This document shows positions 6,834-14,193 of a stretch of DNA of 39,080 nucleotides, in pieces. The position numbers were made by a program, and so were the translations under genes. The notes beneath the pieces are model-generated. The model was not told the origin of the DNA. It made no database searches and worked only from the letters and a program-made list of their open reading frames with translations. The number at the start of each line of letters is the position of its first letter. The stretch's first letter is position 1. Source of the DNA: a virus (lineage: Duplodnaviria > Caudoviricetes); the IMG/VR virus record IMGVR_UViG_3300030330_004861, positions 1-39,080 of that record, one strand, 5' to 3'.

Positions 6834-7547
6834 CTATTGATCCCGAAAATCGCTGAGCCAGAACAACCGGCCATCTTCCGCGAGACGCCCCATTTCGTCC
6901 TCTCGCGCCTCTTGGGCGGAAAGGTTGCGGTCGAACTCGGAAGCGACCTCGTACTCTTTCTTGTGGCACGGAGCGCAGATGAACTCCGGATATTTCCCGT
7001 CAGGGCCCGGATTTTCGAGTTCTGCCCGCTCCTGCTTTGAAGGAGCCTTTCCGCAATGAGAGCAGACAAGGTCAATTTGCGCGGGGTTGCCGCTCATACG
7101 AGCCGACTCGCGCAAATCGTCCTGAACTTCCTGCGATGCCAAAAACCGGTCAAGCTTTTGCATCTCGGTCAGCGAAGAAAAGACGTGCCGGAAGCCCGCG
7201 TTGTCGCTGACTTCTAGCAGCGAGCTAAACGGCACCCGGATACGTTCGGGTCCGCCCGCGAAGGAGAGCGAAACCTCGAAGGCCTCGTGCCATACCTCCA
7301 GACCCCAGAAAGCATTCTGAAGAACGATGGTTAGCTCGTCCGGACTAGCCTCGAACAGGTGTTCGGGCATCTTCACTCCGCGTTCGCGGGTGTCGAACCG
7401 AAAGTAGATCCCCGTCTCGCCTATCTCGGGAATGCTGCCTATCTCTTGATAGGCCTGAAGGATGTCACGAAGCTCATTTCGTACGGCTTCGTCCATACGT
7501 TCGGCCAGAGTCAGGGACTCGTTGTCGTTATTCAAAAGCATGGTCAT
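6834..7547 (-). CDS. sspB: SspB (alphaproteobacterial-type ClpXP adaptor)-like protein with C4 zinc finger
   Basis: YFRFDT..GVKMPEHL...PDELTIVLQNAFWGLEV...FEVSLSFAGGPERIRVPF matches the SspB-alpha pattern; C-terminal CSHCGK..GP..ICAPC. Confidence 0.8.
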   Translation of the reverse strand: MTMLLNNDNESLTLAERMDEAVRNELRDILQAYQEIGSIPEIGETGIYFRFDTRERGVKMPEHLFEASPDELTIVLQNAFWGLEVWHEAFEVSLSFAGGPERIRVPFSSLLEVSDNAGFRHVFSSLTEMQKLDRFLASQEVQDDLRESARMSGNPAQIDLVCSHCGKAPSKQERAELENPGPDGKYPEFICAPCHKKEYEVASEFDRNLSAQEAREDEMGRLAEDGRLFWLSDFRDQ

Positions 7548-7562
7548 GTTTTTTCTCCTTAT

Positions 7563-7748
7563 CTATATGACCCACTGCACCTTGGCGCAGTTTTGTTCCA
7601 GTTCCGTGGCCCGTGCTCGGAGACGCTCGGCCTCCGCTTCGTCGCCACCTGTCCACTCCGCATCAGCCGCACGTTCGCGAAGCTTTCGGACTAGGTACTC
7701 GTTCGTCACGAGACGCAGCCCGAGAAGGTCTGCCGCACTATTCGACAT
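7563..7748 (-). CDS. Hypothetical protein
   Basis: Short ORF in a tightly packed operon. Confidence 0.55.
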   Translation of the reverse strand: MSNSAADLLGLRLVTNEYLVRKLRERAADAEWTGGDEAEAERLRARATELEQNCAKVQWVI

Positions 7749-7926
7749 TGTTGTCGGCCCCCCCAAGCTTATAGGCCTCGCTTATCATAATCTCGCGGAG
7801 CCTTTTCATCTCAGTAAACGGTATGATGTCAGACTCCGTCTTCAATTCGATATAGCGGGCGAACGCTTCAGCTAGCTTAGGCGACCTCTGCATTAGTTGC
7901 AGAATGAGATACCGTTTATTCGACAT
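7738..7926 (-). CDS. Hypothetical protein
   Basis: Start MSNKRY; overlaps neighbours. Confidence 0.6.
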   Translation of the reverse strand: MSNKRYLILQLMQRSPKLAEAFARYIELKTESDIIPFTEMKRLREIMISEAYKLGGADNNVE

Positions 7927-8197
7927 ATTCCACCAACCAATCGTTCTTCTGGTTATCGGCACCGCAGGCCGGACACTTCAACCTTGACCAAGCGAAGTGA
8001 TGGACCTCGGTCCAAGTGCCGCATTCCGGGCAGTAAATCCGCTTGGGCTTTTTACCGGCGCGGGTGTAGCGGTTGACGTTGACGAACTTCTTCGGCTCTT
8101 TTTCCAAAAACTCGGAGAGCGCATCGCCGCGCTTATCGTTTGACAACGATAAAACGCGGTTCAGCTTTTTCCGCCAAAAACGAAGCGGGTGCATCAT
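7916..8197 (-). CDS. Zinc-ribbon protein
   Basis: CPEC...CPAC; ATGA overlap with the upstream gene. Confidence 0.65.
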   Translation of the reverse strand: MMHPLRFWRKKLNRVLSLSNDKRGDALSEFLEKEPKKFVNVNRYTRAGKKPKRIYCPECGTWTEVHHFAWSRLKCPACGADNQKNDWLVEYVE

Positions 8198-8403
8198 TCG
8201 TCCGCATCGCCGAGGGCGTCAACCTCGGACCTAGAAATATTGTAGAGCGTCTCCATCCGGTGAGAGATCAGCGACTCAATCACCTGCCGACGGCTAAGCT
8301 TTGAAATGCCGGTCTTGGCTTCGAGATAAGTCCGAATCTCGTCCAGCGTTTCGACCGTTTCGGCTGGCAGCGCAATCGTCGCTGCGATGTATTTTTTATC
8401 CAT
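8194..8403 (-). CDS. Putative ribbon-helix-helix DNA-binding protein
   Basis: TIALP..TVETLDEIR...SRRQVIESLI pattern; first gene after a promoter with operator repeats. Confidence 0.55.
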   Translation of the reverse strand: MDKKYIAATIALPAETVETLDEIRTYLEAKTGISKLSRRQVIESLISHRMETLYNISRSEVDALGDADE

Positions 8404-8432
8404 AAAAACCTCCGTGGTGTTGGGGTAAAAAC

Positions 8433-8467
8433 AATGGGACCGTATGGGATAAGTTTTACCCTGTCAA
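8433..8467 (-). promoter_or_regulatory. Sigma70-like promoter with tandem TCCCAT(A/T) repeats
   Basis: TTGACA-N17-TACGGT; repeats at 8433 and 8443. Confidence 0.7.
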
Positions 8468-8995
8468 GTCCCTTTCTTCGGACATGGCCTCTTCGATACG
8501 GAGGGCCTCGCGTTCGAAGTCCTCTACGTAGGGATAAAGCAAAAACCGCTTTACCGGCCACTCGTACGAGCGCTCCACGTCGTACGGGTCGTTGCGGTCG
8601 GTGCGGCCCCAGTCGGAGACGCCCACCTCTCTCCTGCCTAGCATGGCCTCCAGCGTGTCTGTTTCCGGGTTCGGACTAAAAACGGGTATCCAGCCCCATG
8701 CGTCGGTCCACCCAACGATCAAAACTGACGAAACGCCGTTCTCTTTTCCCAAGGCGATGAGGTTGTCAATTTTGTCGGCGGAAATCAGGTAAGTTTCGTA
8801 CTGATTGTGCAAAATCTTCCGCTTCTTCACCTCAAAAATTATCGGAGGATACTCCGTTGAATAATCGTATGAAGAAAGGTCCGCGGACCGCGTATATTTG
8901 GGCGGGGCCAGCGGGTTAAGCTGAAACACCGCCTGCCTAATGAGGCTCTCCTGATTCTTCAGGTCTTGGGCGGTCTGGTAGATAGGACGCGACAT
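8456..8995 (-). CDS. Putative PD-(D/E)xK nuclease-fold protein
   Basis: YD...FEVKKR, YETYLISADK, C-terminal GRTDRNDP. Confidence 0.6.
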   Translation of the reverse strand: MSRPIYQTAQDLKNQESLIRQAVFQLNPLAPPKYTRSADLSSYDYSTEYPPIIFEVKKRKILHNQYETYLISADKIDNLIALGKENGVSSVLIVGWTDAWGWIPVFSPNPETDTLEAMLGRREVGVSDWGRTDRNDPYDVERSYEWPVKRFLLYPYVEDFEREALRIEEAMSEERDLTG

Positions 8996-9068
8996 CGGTC
9001 CTCCCGTGGGTTGTTGAATGGGACGCCGCCTTTAGCAGTTGGGGGATCTAGTCGTCAACAAAAAACGA

Positions 9069-9584
9069 CTACATCGGAATCCAGTTAAAATTAATAACGC
9101 GACGGAAAGGCACGTCAGTCGCGCCCCAAGACCCGTGGCGCGTGGACGCCGGGAACTGAACGAAGCGGTTTGCGACCGCGTCCACTTTCTCGCCGCTCTC
9201 GAACTCCGTCGGGCCATTACAGGTGTCGAGGTAAAGGATGCCCGTTCGGCAAATGTCTTCTCGGTCCGTGTCGATATGAAAACCACCGAAGAACGGTTCG
9301 GGCCCGGAATACAAAAGAAGGTTCGCCTTTATTCGGATCAGGATGAAGGCGTTCAGATTTCGAATCACGGGGTCTAGTACGGACGAAAAGTCCGACATCC
9401 ACTCGCCCCGTAGGTAGAAGACGTGGCTATGCTGCATGTTTTGAAGATGCGTGTCGAAGCCGATCTCGTTAATGTTACTGAGGTGATAGACCCACGGAAA
9501 GTTTTCTCCGGGTTTTGTAGGGCCGTTCAGTATTTCAAAGTCCTCCGGACTCAGAAAGTCGTCCGTTACCTCAAGCTTCGTCAC
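9069..9584 (-). CDS. 2OG-Fe(II) oxygenase-like protein
   Basis: RIKANL, FHID, ILYL..CNG.T.F, NRFVQF..RHG, RRVINFNW. Confidence 0.8.
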   Translation of the reverse strand: MTKLEVTDDFLSPEDFEILNGPTKPGENFPWVYHLSNINEIGFDTHLQNMQHSHVFYLRGEWMSDFSSVLDPVIRNLNAFILIRIKANLLLYSGPEPFFGGFHIDTDREDICRTGILYLDTCNGPTEFESGEKVDAVANRFVQFPASTRHGSWGATDVPFRRVINFNWIPM

Positions 9585-10374
9585 TTCTCTGCACCTGATC
9601 CTCGGTAAACAGGGCGATGTTTCCCGATATTGACCTGCGGTCGGCCTCTTCCTGCCGGTCAGAGTTCAGGCTCGCTCTAAAAGGGTAGACCATGTGGTTT
9701 AACCAGTGAGGAAATATCACGAAGCGCCCCGGCTGGGGGTCCATGGACATTACCTTGGAGGTTCGGAACTCCGAGTGCGCTGTCTGGAGGGTCGGCCCGT
9801 TGACGAACGTAATGCACCCGTCAAGCTGCCCGGAGGAGCTTTTTAAAGTTGGCGCTTCGGTGTTTCGCATATTCTCGGGCACCCGAGTCCAGAAGACAAA
9901 GCTCAAGCCTGCCGCGGTGCGCTTACCGTGATCGTGAATCGGGTTGTAGTCGCCCGGCAGGCTATCAACCACCCAAGCTTCGTAGCAATTAGCGGCGACG
10001 TAGGGCGGGTTGGGGTCATCTTGCATCGCGTAAAACCGCTGGACGTACTGCATAGCCATGCTCTCGGCGATGCCGTAGATTCCGTGGAAGGGGTCGCACC
10101 ATTCCTTGTCGAGATAAAGCTGTTCGCCGTTGTGGATTTGACCCACAAGCTGGTCCGAATAGTCTTTCTGCTTTTGAGCCTCTTTTAGCTCATCGATTTC
10201 GTGGTTAACGCCTCTGTAGAACCAGAGAGGCAGCGTCGTTTCAAGAATCACAAAGTCCGTCACGAAGTGCGTTTTGATGTCGGCGTTAAAAGTTCCTTTG
10301 TAGTCTCTCTGCGGCTGCCCTAAGTCGCGCACCGCGCCGCCCGTCTCTCTCGAAAAAACCTGCGCTTTATCCAC
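9571..10374 (-). CDS. 2OG-Fe(II) oxygenase (TIGR02466-like)
   Basis: YNPIHDH, DGCITF, IFPHWLNHMVYPF, RRSISGN. Confidence 0.85.
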   Translation of the reverse strand: MDKAQVFSRETGGAVRDLGQPQRDYKGTFNADIKTHFVTDFVILETTLPLWFYRGVNHEIDELKEAQKQKDYSDQLVGQIHNGEQLYLDKEWCDPFHGIYGIAESMAMQYVQRFYAMQDDPNPPYVAANCYEAWVVDSLPGDYNPIHDHGKRTAAGLSFVFWTRVPENMRNTEAPTLKSSSGQLDGCITFVNGPTLQTAHSEFRTSKVMSMDPQPGRFVIFPHWLNHMVYPFRASLNSDRQEEADRRSISGNIALFTEDQVQRSDEA

Positions 10375-11101
10375 CGTATTTTCCTTCCATGTCCTGTTGG
10401 TAGAAGCTTAAAAAAAGATCTTTCGCGGAGCCGACACCGAGGAACACGCGGTCGTACTCTTGGTCTAACTCGGAGGCGTAATTCGCTGCTAAAGAAAGCA
10501 TCCCTTGATAAATCACCACCTTTGCAACCTCTTCCGCGACAAAAACGTCTTCGTCCATTTCCGTCCTGTCCAACAAGTTTCTTCGCCACACGGCCATAAC
10601 TTGATCGTGAATTGAAGCTTTCATTTCGTTTAAAAAGTCGTCGTAAATGTCTTCGAGCGACGTTTGATCAAGTTCGTAGCCCCGGTCTCGTTTCGGCCTC
10701 AACGGTATAACATTGTCTGGAAGCGGTCTCATTTCGAGAGCGTTCGCATCGTCGATCAATAAAAGCGCTTCTCGCGTTTCAGGGTCCGCACAATCTCTAA
10801 TGTGTTCTCGCCGCGGCAACGGCATGGTGCCAAATAAAAAGGCAAGCTCCTCGGGCTTTTCTCCGATCATGCTTCGAACCTTATCCCGGTCTTCATGCCC
10901 CACCACGGCAATCGGGTAACTCGTGGTGCCGTAAACCGCATGGAACAAACCGGCTACGGCAACTTCCCATGGCGCGTCTTTTTCCAGAAGTATTCTGTAC
11001 GTTCCAACCAAGTGATCGAACAGGGTCTTGTCTCCGTGAGGATGTTCTTTGCAACCTAAGTTTTCTAAAAAGCCGAACAGGATCTTTTCGTGGTTACTCA
11101 T
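10367..11101 (-). CDS. DUF6817/HD-like domain protein with a C-terminal extra domain
   Basis: H..KTLFDHLVGT, AGLFHAVYGT, IGEKPEELAFLF; start MSNHEK after GAGG. Confidence 0.7.
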   Translation of the reverse strand: MSNHEKILFGFLENLGCKEHPHGDKTLFDHLVGTYRILLEKDAPWEVAVAGLFHAVYGTTSYPIAVVGHEDRDKVRSMIGEKPEELAFLFGTMPLPRREHIRDCADPETREALLLIDDANALEMRPLPDNVIPLRPKRDRGYELDQTSLEDIYDDFLNEMKASIHDQVMAVWRRNLLDRTEMDEDVFVAEEVAKVVIYQGMLSLAANYASELDQEYDRVFLGVGSAKDLFLSFYQQDMEGKYGG

Positions 11102-11273
11102 CCGCGACTTCCTCAATCCACCCGGCTTGGATAATCATTTTGTGCGTGTCTTCTTCCGGGTCGTATTTCTCCGGATCAAAAGGCTCGTGGTCCGCGGGAC
11201 GGTCCGGATAAATCGTAGCTATAACTTTCTGGGGGTTGCCGTCAGAATCAATTACCGTGATGGGCATCTTCAT
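11094..11273 (-). CDS. 59-aa acidic hypothetical protein (MKMPITVIDSDGNP...)
   Basis: Read by hand; GGAG RBS; fills the gap between genes. Confidence 0.55.
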   Translation of the reverse strand: MKMPITVIDSDGNPQKVIATIYPDRPADHEPFDPEKYDPEEDTHKMIIQAGWIEEVADE

Positions 11274-11481
11274 GTGGTATCTCCATAATAAACTCTGCGT
11301 CCGGGTATTCGTCTCGCACCTCGTCCACGGTTTCGTAAACCGTCTCGTAAAACATCTGCTGCCCTTCGCCGTAGCAGAAGGGGCACGGTCTGGCGATATC
11401 TAAAGTTTCGCTGGCTCTTCGAACAAGCTGACCATACCCCTCGCACTCGCGGCAGGGCAGCGTCACTTCGAACGTAGGCAT
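11248..11481 (-). CDS. Small protein with DnaJ-type CxxCxGxG zinc motifs
   Basis: CRECEGYG and CPFCYGEG. Confidence 0.7.
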   Translation of the reverse strand: MPTFEVTLPCRECEGYGQLVRRASETLDIARPCPFCYGEGQQMFYETVYETVDEVRDEYPDAEFIMEIPHEDAHHGN

Positions 11482-11537
11482 TAGAGAAACAGGGTTCGAA
11501 TCAGGTTTTCGAGAAAAATAGTGATTAGCTGTTCCAT
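11481..11537 (-). CDS. 18-aa hydrophobic peptide (MEQLITIFLENLIRTLFL)
   Basis: Strong RBS AGGAGAAAG; TAATG coupling to the next gene. Confidence 0.5.
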   Translation of the reverse strand: MEQLITIFLENLIRTLFL

Positions 11538-11546
11538 GTCTTTCTC

Positions 11547-12659
11547 CTATTTAAATGCAGGCCCGGTCACCCACCCCACGAGCGAGTGTCTGGTTCCTTT
11601 GGTTACGGGGGTTACTTCGTGTAGTGCGTAGCTTGGAAAGAACGTGATAGCGCCTTGGTCGCGGTCCGCGGGCTTTGAGTCGCTGTCGAGATGAACGATC
11701 AGGTCACCGCCCTCGTACGAGTCCGGCGGAGATAGCTGAACACTGAAACTTAACTTACGGTGGTCCAGCGTCTCGTTGTCAGGCACCCCTGCATCGACGT
11801 GCCTTCCGTAAAAGCCCTTGTCGCCGTTCTTATATGTTCCGAACTGAAGGTTCTGGATGCTTCTAAGGTCGAACTGGAACCCGCTTTCGTTAGCAGCCAC
11901 TACCTCACCGCAAAGCGTTTCAAATATCCAGCGGTTCTCAGGTACGTCGGAGTAAAGAAATTGAACGTCGGTCACGCGTACCTCGTCATTAACAACTCCG
12001 GATCCAACCTCCGCTGGTTTTTTCTCAGAAGCGCGGCCCTTCTGTTCTCGACATGCCGACACTATCTCAGCGCACTGACTGACGCTGAACACGCCCCGCT
12101 TATGAAAGGTTTGAAAGTTGGGGATTTGGTACAGGCCCCACTGAAACGTGTGAGGCTTTTCAACAGGAGGCGGTGCCTCTACGGCCTTTCCTTCTTCGAA
12201 GTATACTCTCCATTCGATATGCCATGTTTGCTCAAAAGGCTCTCTTTCGAAAACAACATCCTCGTCATAAAAAACGGCGACGCCCGGGCGCATGTTTATT
12301 TCTTTGCCTTCGGCGGTCGTAAGCCCCCAGTCCTTCCATACGCCCTCGCAGTATGAAGACAGACAAAGCTTTAACCAGTACCTTCGAGAGGTCGCCTTGG
12401 GTGCTTTTTCACGAATACCTCCCGAATCGGGGGGTTTTATCAAAACGCATTCTTGTGAGGTAACGACGAGGCTTTTTCCGATGGAGTCTCCCAGCTTTTT
12501 TGCAGCCTGCTCCGCGTAGGCTTGCAGTATGGACATTCTGCGCTGCCGCTTTGGCTCAATAGAGCCGCCAGATCCCACGACAAAAAGGGCCTTAACGATT
12601 TCTCCCCGCTCATCGCTGGAGATAAAGTCGTTCATTTCAATCAAAAGGGGTTCGCTCAT
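11547..12659 (-). CDS. PKHD-type 2OG-Fe(II) oxygenase with an extra N-terminal domain
   Basis: HVD, RKLSFSVQLS..YEGGDL, FPSYALHEVTPVTKGTRHSLVGW. Confidence 0.9.
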   Translation of the reverse strand: MSEPLLIEMNDFISSDERGEIVKALFVVGSGGSIEPKRQRRMSILQAYAEQAAKKLGDSIGKSLVVTSQECVLIKPPDSGGIREKAPKATSRRYWLKLCLSSYCEGVWKDWGLTTAEGKEINMRPGVAVFYDEDVVFEREPFEQTWHIEWRVYFEEGKAVEAPPPVEKPHTFQWGLYQIPNFQTFHKRGVFSVSQCAEIVSACREQKGRASEKKPAEVGSGVVNDEVRVTDVQFLYSDVPENRWIFETLCGEVVAANESGFQFDLRSIQNLQFGTYKNGDKGFYGRHVDAGVPDNETLDHRKLSFSVQLSPPDSYEGGDLIVHLDSDSKPADRDQGAITFFPSYALHEVTPVTKGTRHSLVGWVTGPAFK

Positions 12660-12838
12660 TCGTCTGGCTTCCCCTCTTCGATAGTCTCGCCCATTTGCGT
12701 CAGCTTCGCCGCCATGCGCCCATGATCCATTATCATTTTGCGAACCATCTTACGCGGAACAGCGACGTTTTTTGAACGGCCTTTCTGCGTGATAGCAGCA
12801 AGCTCGTGGTATTCGTCCTCGGCGGTGTAAAGTTTCAT
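12656..12838 (-). CDS. Hypothetical protein
   Basis: ATGA overlaps on both sides. Confidence 0.6.
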   Translation of the reverse strand: MKLYTAEDEYHELAAITQKGRSKNVAVPRKMVRKMIMDHGRMAAKLTQMGETIEEGKPDE

Positions 12839-13020
12839 CCTCTTTGCACCCGCTTCCATGCGGCACGAAGAGCCTCGGCCTTCAAAAAACCTTCGGGGTC
12901 TTTTAGGCCCCCACTTTCCTGCAAGCGCTCGGCTTCCATCCGTACGGCCTTATCCACCCACTTCACCGCTTGAGCCCAGTTCTGGACCTCTTCGACGGCG
13001 TTAATATACTTGCTTTCCAT
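12835..13020 (-). CDS. Hypothetical protein
   Basis: AAGGAG RBS; first gene after a promoter. Confidence 0.65.
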   Translation of the reverse strand: MESKYINAVEEVQNWAQAVKWVDKAVRMEAERLQESGGLKDPEGFLKAEALRAAWKRVQRG

Positions 13021-13047
13021 GGTCATCTCCTTGGTTAAAGACAGCCC

Positions 13048-13076
13048 CTTATAATCTCCCATACTTACAGCGTCAA
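13048..13076 (-). promoter_or_regulatory. Sigma70-like promoter
   Basis: TTGACG-N17-TATAAG with TATGGGA in the spacer. Confidence 0.7.
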
Positions 13077-13077
13077 C

Positions 13078-13156
13078 AAAAAAAACGCCCCCGCACTGAT
13101 GGGTAAGTGCGAGGGCGTTTTACAACCACGGAGAAAACCGGTTCACGCATGAACCG
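13078..13156 (-). ncRNA. Candidate trans-acting anti-RBS small RNA (~80 nt)
   Basis: Own promoter; 5' hairpin CGGTTCA-TGCG-TGAACCG; unpaired GTTTTCTCCGTGGTTGT; terminator hairpin with T8; no ORF. Confidence 0.7.
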
Positions 13157-13162
13157 ATAGAA

Positions 13163-13191
13163 AACCTATGCGATACGCTTCGCTAGGTCAA
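13163..13191 (-). promoter_or_regulatory. Promoter of the candidate sRNA
   Basis: TTGACC-N17-TAGGTT with TCGCATA overlapping -10. Confidence 0.65.
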
Positions 13192-13355
13192 CCACCTAGT
13201 CCACTAAATATCCCAGAATTTTTACATTCGTCGCAGATGAACATGCCCTTTTGCACAAGCTTTACCTTTTGGCACGTCAAGCATTTTTTCCGTACGTGGG
13301 TGCCGCGCTCTATTCTACGATCTTCAATCTTTTTTTGTTCTTTGGAAGAGACCAT
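13188..13355 (-). CDS. 55-aa zinc-ribbon protein
   Basis: MVSSKEQ...CLTC...ICDEC (3' part of track ORF 13188-13625). Confidence 0.55.
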   Translation of the reverse strand: MVSSKEQKKIEDRRIERGTHVRKKCLTCQKVKLVQKGMFICDECKNSGIFSGLGG

Positions 13356-13759
13356 CGGTAGAACACATGCTTGTTTATCTGGACGACACGGTGCTTCGTT
13401 GCTGCCCAGCTTGGTAGCACATAGTCGGCGTGATAGAAAGTCGAACCCTCGGTTGGGTCCATTATCGTCCGTGACAGTACAAGTTCCGAGATCCGTGTTG
13501 CGCGGAGCTTGGACGCCTTGTCTCGCATCTTGTCGCTCTTGCCATCGCAATAGAAAGAGAACTGACACTTGTGGCGGACAGGCGCACCTGACCGATAGAC
13601 AGGCCCCTGCTTTACAACACTGCAAACGTCGTTTGGAAACCGCCGGTCCTCTACGCGGTTCATTATCACGGAGGCGACGGCCACCTGACCGACCATGGGC
13701 TCTCCTCTCGCCTCGAAGTATACGGCGGTGGCGAGGCAGAGGAGTGCGGAGGCAACCAT
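13310..13759 (-). CDS. Cell wall hydrolase, SleB/Hydrolase_2 family
   Basis: CLATAVYFEARGE, VIMNRV..FPNDVC.VV, CQFSFYCDG, FYHA.YV.PSW, HVFY. Confidence 0.92.
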   Translation of the reverse strand: MVASALLCLATAVYFEARGEPMVGQVAVASVIMNRVEDRRFPNDVCSVVKQGPVYRSGAPVRHKCQFSFYCDGKSDKMRDKASKLRATRISELVLSRTIMDPTEGSTFYHADYVLPSWAATKHRVVQINKHVFYRWSLPKNKKRLKIVE

Positions 13760-13893
13760 TACCGGCCTTGACCCCGGTACTTCTTGAAGCCGAGGCGCTT
13801 GTGCTTGTTCTTGGGCCGCGACAGGTGGCTAGAACCTATCGACGTGCGCTTTTTAATCGGCTTCTCGCGAAACTGAGCAACTACCTTAGCCAT
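13759..13893 (-). CDS. 44-aa very basic protein ending KKYRGQGR
   Basis: Read by hand; TAATG coupling to the hydrolase gene; YRGQG terminus recalled from other small phage proteins. Confidence 0.65.
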   Translation of the reverse strand: MAKVVAQFREKPIKKRTSIGSSHLSRPKNKHKRLGFKKYRGQGR

Positions 13894-14080
13894 CGGCGGA
13901 GTCGGTCGATAGAGTTACCTTCGAGGCTTCAATCGGATGGCTCTGACGAAAAACCTCAGATTCGGCAATGTGGATCTGAAGCATGCCGCTGATGCTGCGC
14001 CCCTCTTTCTGAGAGCGCTGCTTTACCTCGTGGTATGTCTGGATTGGCACCAAAATGCTTTTCCACTTGGTTGTGTCCAT
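13886..14080 (-). CDS. Putative ribbon-helix-helix (Arc/CopG-like) regulator
   Basis: MDTTKWKSILVP..TY.EVK..S.KEGRSISGML; AAGGAG RBS before ATG 14080. Confidence 0.65.
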   Translation of the reverse strand: MDTTKWKSILVPIQTYHEVKQRSQKEGRSISGMLQIHIAESEVFRQSHPIEASKVTLSTDSADG

Positions 14081-14107
14081 GTCTGGTCTCCTTATTGAAT
14101 GTACGCG

Positions 14108-14136
14108 AACATATAGGAGTTCCTGCGGTCTCGCAA
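14108..14136 (-). promoter_or_regulatory. Sigma70-like promoter
   Basis: TTGCGA-N17-TATGTT directly after a terminator. Confidence 0.55.
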
Positions 14137-14137
14137 G

Positions 14138-14162
14138 AAAAAACCCCGCCCGAAGGCGGGGT
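14138..14162 (-). terminator. Intrinsic terminator after polA
   Basis: ACCCCGCC-TTCG-GGCGGGGT-TTTTT. Confidence 0.88.
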
Positions 14163-14193
14163 AAGTTCAGGGAGGTAATTGCGGAGGAGAACA

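Noticed and set aside
13168-13992. 274-aa plus-strand ORF near the plus-strand CCACGGAGAAAA
   Set aside because: Antisense shadow of the SleB and small genes with no recognisable motif; its ATG is about 30 nt from the motif, too far for an RBS
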